Assembly: GCA_963741075.1 (NCBI GenBank)
Contig: CAVUGS010000002.1
Span: 219,669-283,668, forward strand
Source: an uncultured Thermoleophilia bacterium
GTDB taxonomy: Bacteria > Actinomycetota > Thermoleophilia > UBA2241
Reading direction: 5' to 3'
Length of the DNA stretch: 64,000 nucleotides
A program made the position numbers and the translations under genes. The notes below the pieces were generated by a model, which made no database searches, was not told where the DNA came from, and worked only from the letters and a program-made list of their open reading frames with translations. Each line of letters starts with the position of its first letter. Position 1 is the stretch's first letter. Of the stretch, positions 62,337 through 64,000 are shown piece after piece.

Positions 62337-63003
62337 GTGGACCAGGACCGCCGAGAGCTCGTGATGTTCGACTTCGACGGCGTCATCGTCGACTCGCTCG
62401 ACGTCTTCAGCGCCGCGTTCATCGACGCGTGTACCGCGGCCGGTGTGGAGGGCTTCGCTACGGTCGACGATCTGCTCGCGGTCATGGAGGACAACTTCTA
62501 CGCGGGCATGCGCGCGCGGGGCGTGGACGACGCGCGCGTCGCGGAAGTACTGCACCGGCTCGGCCAGGCGCTGATCCGCGCCCGGCACTGGCTCAAGCCG
62601 TTCCCGCTGGTGCCGCGAGGTGCTCGAGGACCTCGCCGACGCGCGCACCGTGGTGGTCGTGACCTCGAGCCCGGCAGAGGTCGTGGAGGGCTGGCTGCGC
62701 GTGCACGAGGTGCACGGCGTGACCGAGGTCGCCGGCGCCGAGACGGCGCGCAGCAAGGTCGAGAAGATCCACGCGCTCCTGGCCCGGTTCCCCGGCCAGG
62801 AGGTCTACTGGTACGTCGGCGACACCGCCGGCGACATCCGCGAGGCGCGCGAGGCCGGCGTGACGCCGCTCGGCGTCGCCTGGGGGTGGCACGAGCCGGA
62901 GATGCTGGTCGCGGCCGGCGCCGAGCGCATCGCCGCCGCGCCGGCCGAGCTGCTGACGATCATCGCGCCGGAGCTCGCCGGCGACTTCTTCGGCGCCGGC
63001 TGA
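62337..63003 (+). CDS. HAD-superfamily hydrolase/phosphatase (one indel)
   Basis: FDFDGVIVDS, VVTSS, YVGDTAGD and GVAWG. Confidence 0.9.
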
Positions 63004-63046
63004 GACGCCGCCCGCGGCCGGCCCGAGCGCCGCCGGACGAGGCCGG

Positions 63047-63349
63047 TCAGACGTCGTCCTCGTCCTCTTCCTCGGGCGGCGGCCGTCCGTCCGGCCCCAG
63101 CCCCATCTCGCGCCACACGCGGCGCCGGCGTGCGCGCAGCGGGAGGGTGACGGCCCACAGGACGAGGAGGAAGGCGGCCATCGCGCCGGCCCAGATCAGC
63201 GCCGTCCTGACGCCGGCCGACCAGACGAGCAGGGCCACGAACATGGCCGTGAAGGCGACGGCGGCGATGCGCCAGTAGAGCACGTCGGGCCCGTCAGCGC
63301 CGGTGCGGCGGCCGGAACGCGGCCAGGTCGCCGGGCCGCAGCACCTCAT
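63047..63349 (-). CDS. Small two-TM membrane hypothetical protein (start uncertain)
   Basis: Two hydrophobic segments and an acidic tail. Confidence 0.45.
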   Translation of the reverse strand: MRCCGPATWPRSGRRTGADGPDVLYWRIAAVAFTAMFVALLVWSAGVRTALIWAGAMAAFLLVLWAVTLPLRARRRRVWREMGLGPDGRPPPEEEDEDDV

Positions 63350-64000
63350 CGCCGTCCGTGGCCCCGGCGCCTCCGGCGGGACGCCACGTCGCGCCGAGGG
63401 CTTCGCTCTCGGCGGTCCCGCGGCCCCGGATCGCGTAGCGACCGTGGCCGAGGTCGGCGACGATGGGCGAGTACGCGATGCGGTTGTTGAAGCTGGAGAG
63501 CTTCATCCCGGCGGCCAGACAGGCGCGTTCGAGCTCGTGCCGCTCCGCCTCTCCGCCGGCGGCGAGGAGCGCGCGCAGCAGGGTGAGCTCGGTGGTCTCG
63601 AGGACCTCCTCGGGCGGCGCGGGGTGGTCGGCGACCACCAGGCCTGCGCCCGCGGTGACGCCCTCCAGCCGTTCGCACAGCTCGCCCAGGATGTACTCGG
63701 GCATCACGAACTCGCGCATGCGTTCGTCGCGGCGGATGCCGGCGTGCAGGTCTGCGAGGGTCACCTCGCCGGCGACGCTGAGCACCTTGGCCACGCGAGA
63801 GACGACGGCGTTCTTGGCCACGGACGGCAGGTAGAACCAGCCTGTGCGCCGCTCCAGCCACACGAAGTCGGCGGGCTCGGAGACGACGGCGGTCACGAGC
63901 TCGTCGTCGACCCACACGGCGAGGTCGGCGGCCACGCGGCCCGTCACCTCGCCGACGCGGGCCGCGCCCGCGCGCCGCACGACGGCGCGGGCGGTGTCGA
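63294..64000 (-). CDS. Hypothetical protein, 5'-truncated by the window edge
   Basis: Open frame with protein-like composition; no recognised motif. Confidence 0.6.
   Translation of the reverse strand, partial: DTARAVVRRAGAARVGEVTGRVAADLAVWVDDELVTAVVSEPADFVWLERRTGWFYLPSVAKNAVVSRVAKVLSVAGEVTLADLHAGIRRDERMREFVMPEYILGELCERLEGVTAGAGLVVADHPAPPEEVLETTELTLLRALLAAGGEAERHELERACLAAGMKLSSFNNRIAYSPIVADLGHGRYAIRGRGTAESEALGATWRPAGGAGATDGDEVLRPGDLAAFRPPHRR

Overview
Very GC-rich bacterial sequence, most consistent with an actinobacterium (Thermoleophilia-like is an inference from gene content, leaderless-type promoters and tmRNA context). It carries many single-base indels that look like long-read errors, so many genes are split across ORFs and their coordinates are stitched and approximate. 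From left to right: two tandem MttB-family methyltransferases (the second interrupted by an in-frame TAG), putA, an agmatine deiminase operon, a DeoR-linked permease/transaldolase/aminotransferase/transketolase operon, cydAB, tmRNA, two two-component systems, small accessory genes including a reductive dehalogenase/QueG-like protein, and ABC, P-type and MFS transporters. The main result is a DeoR-headed cluster at 51.1-63.0 kb. It combines a non-pyrrolysine MttB, a corrinoid protein, a non-pyrrolysine MtmB homologue and an MtbB with an in-frame amber codon at the canonical pyrrolysine position, interleaved with two amino-alcohol-type kinases, a metallophosphoesterase, an APC permease and a HAD phosphatase. 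This is a candidate pyrrolysine-dependent, phosphorylation-coupled pathway for stepwise N-demethylation. No pyl genes or tRNA-Pyl were recognised inside the window.
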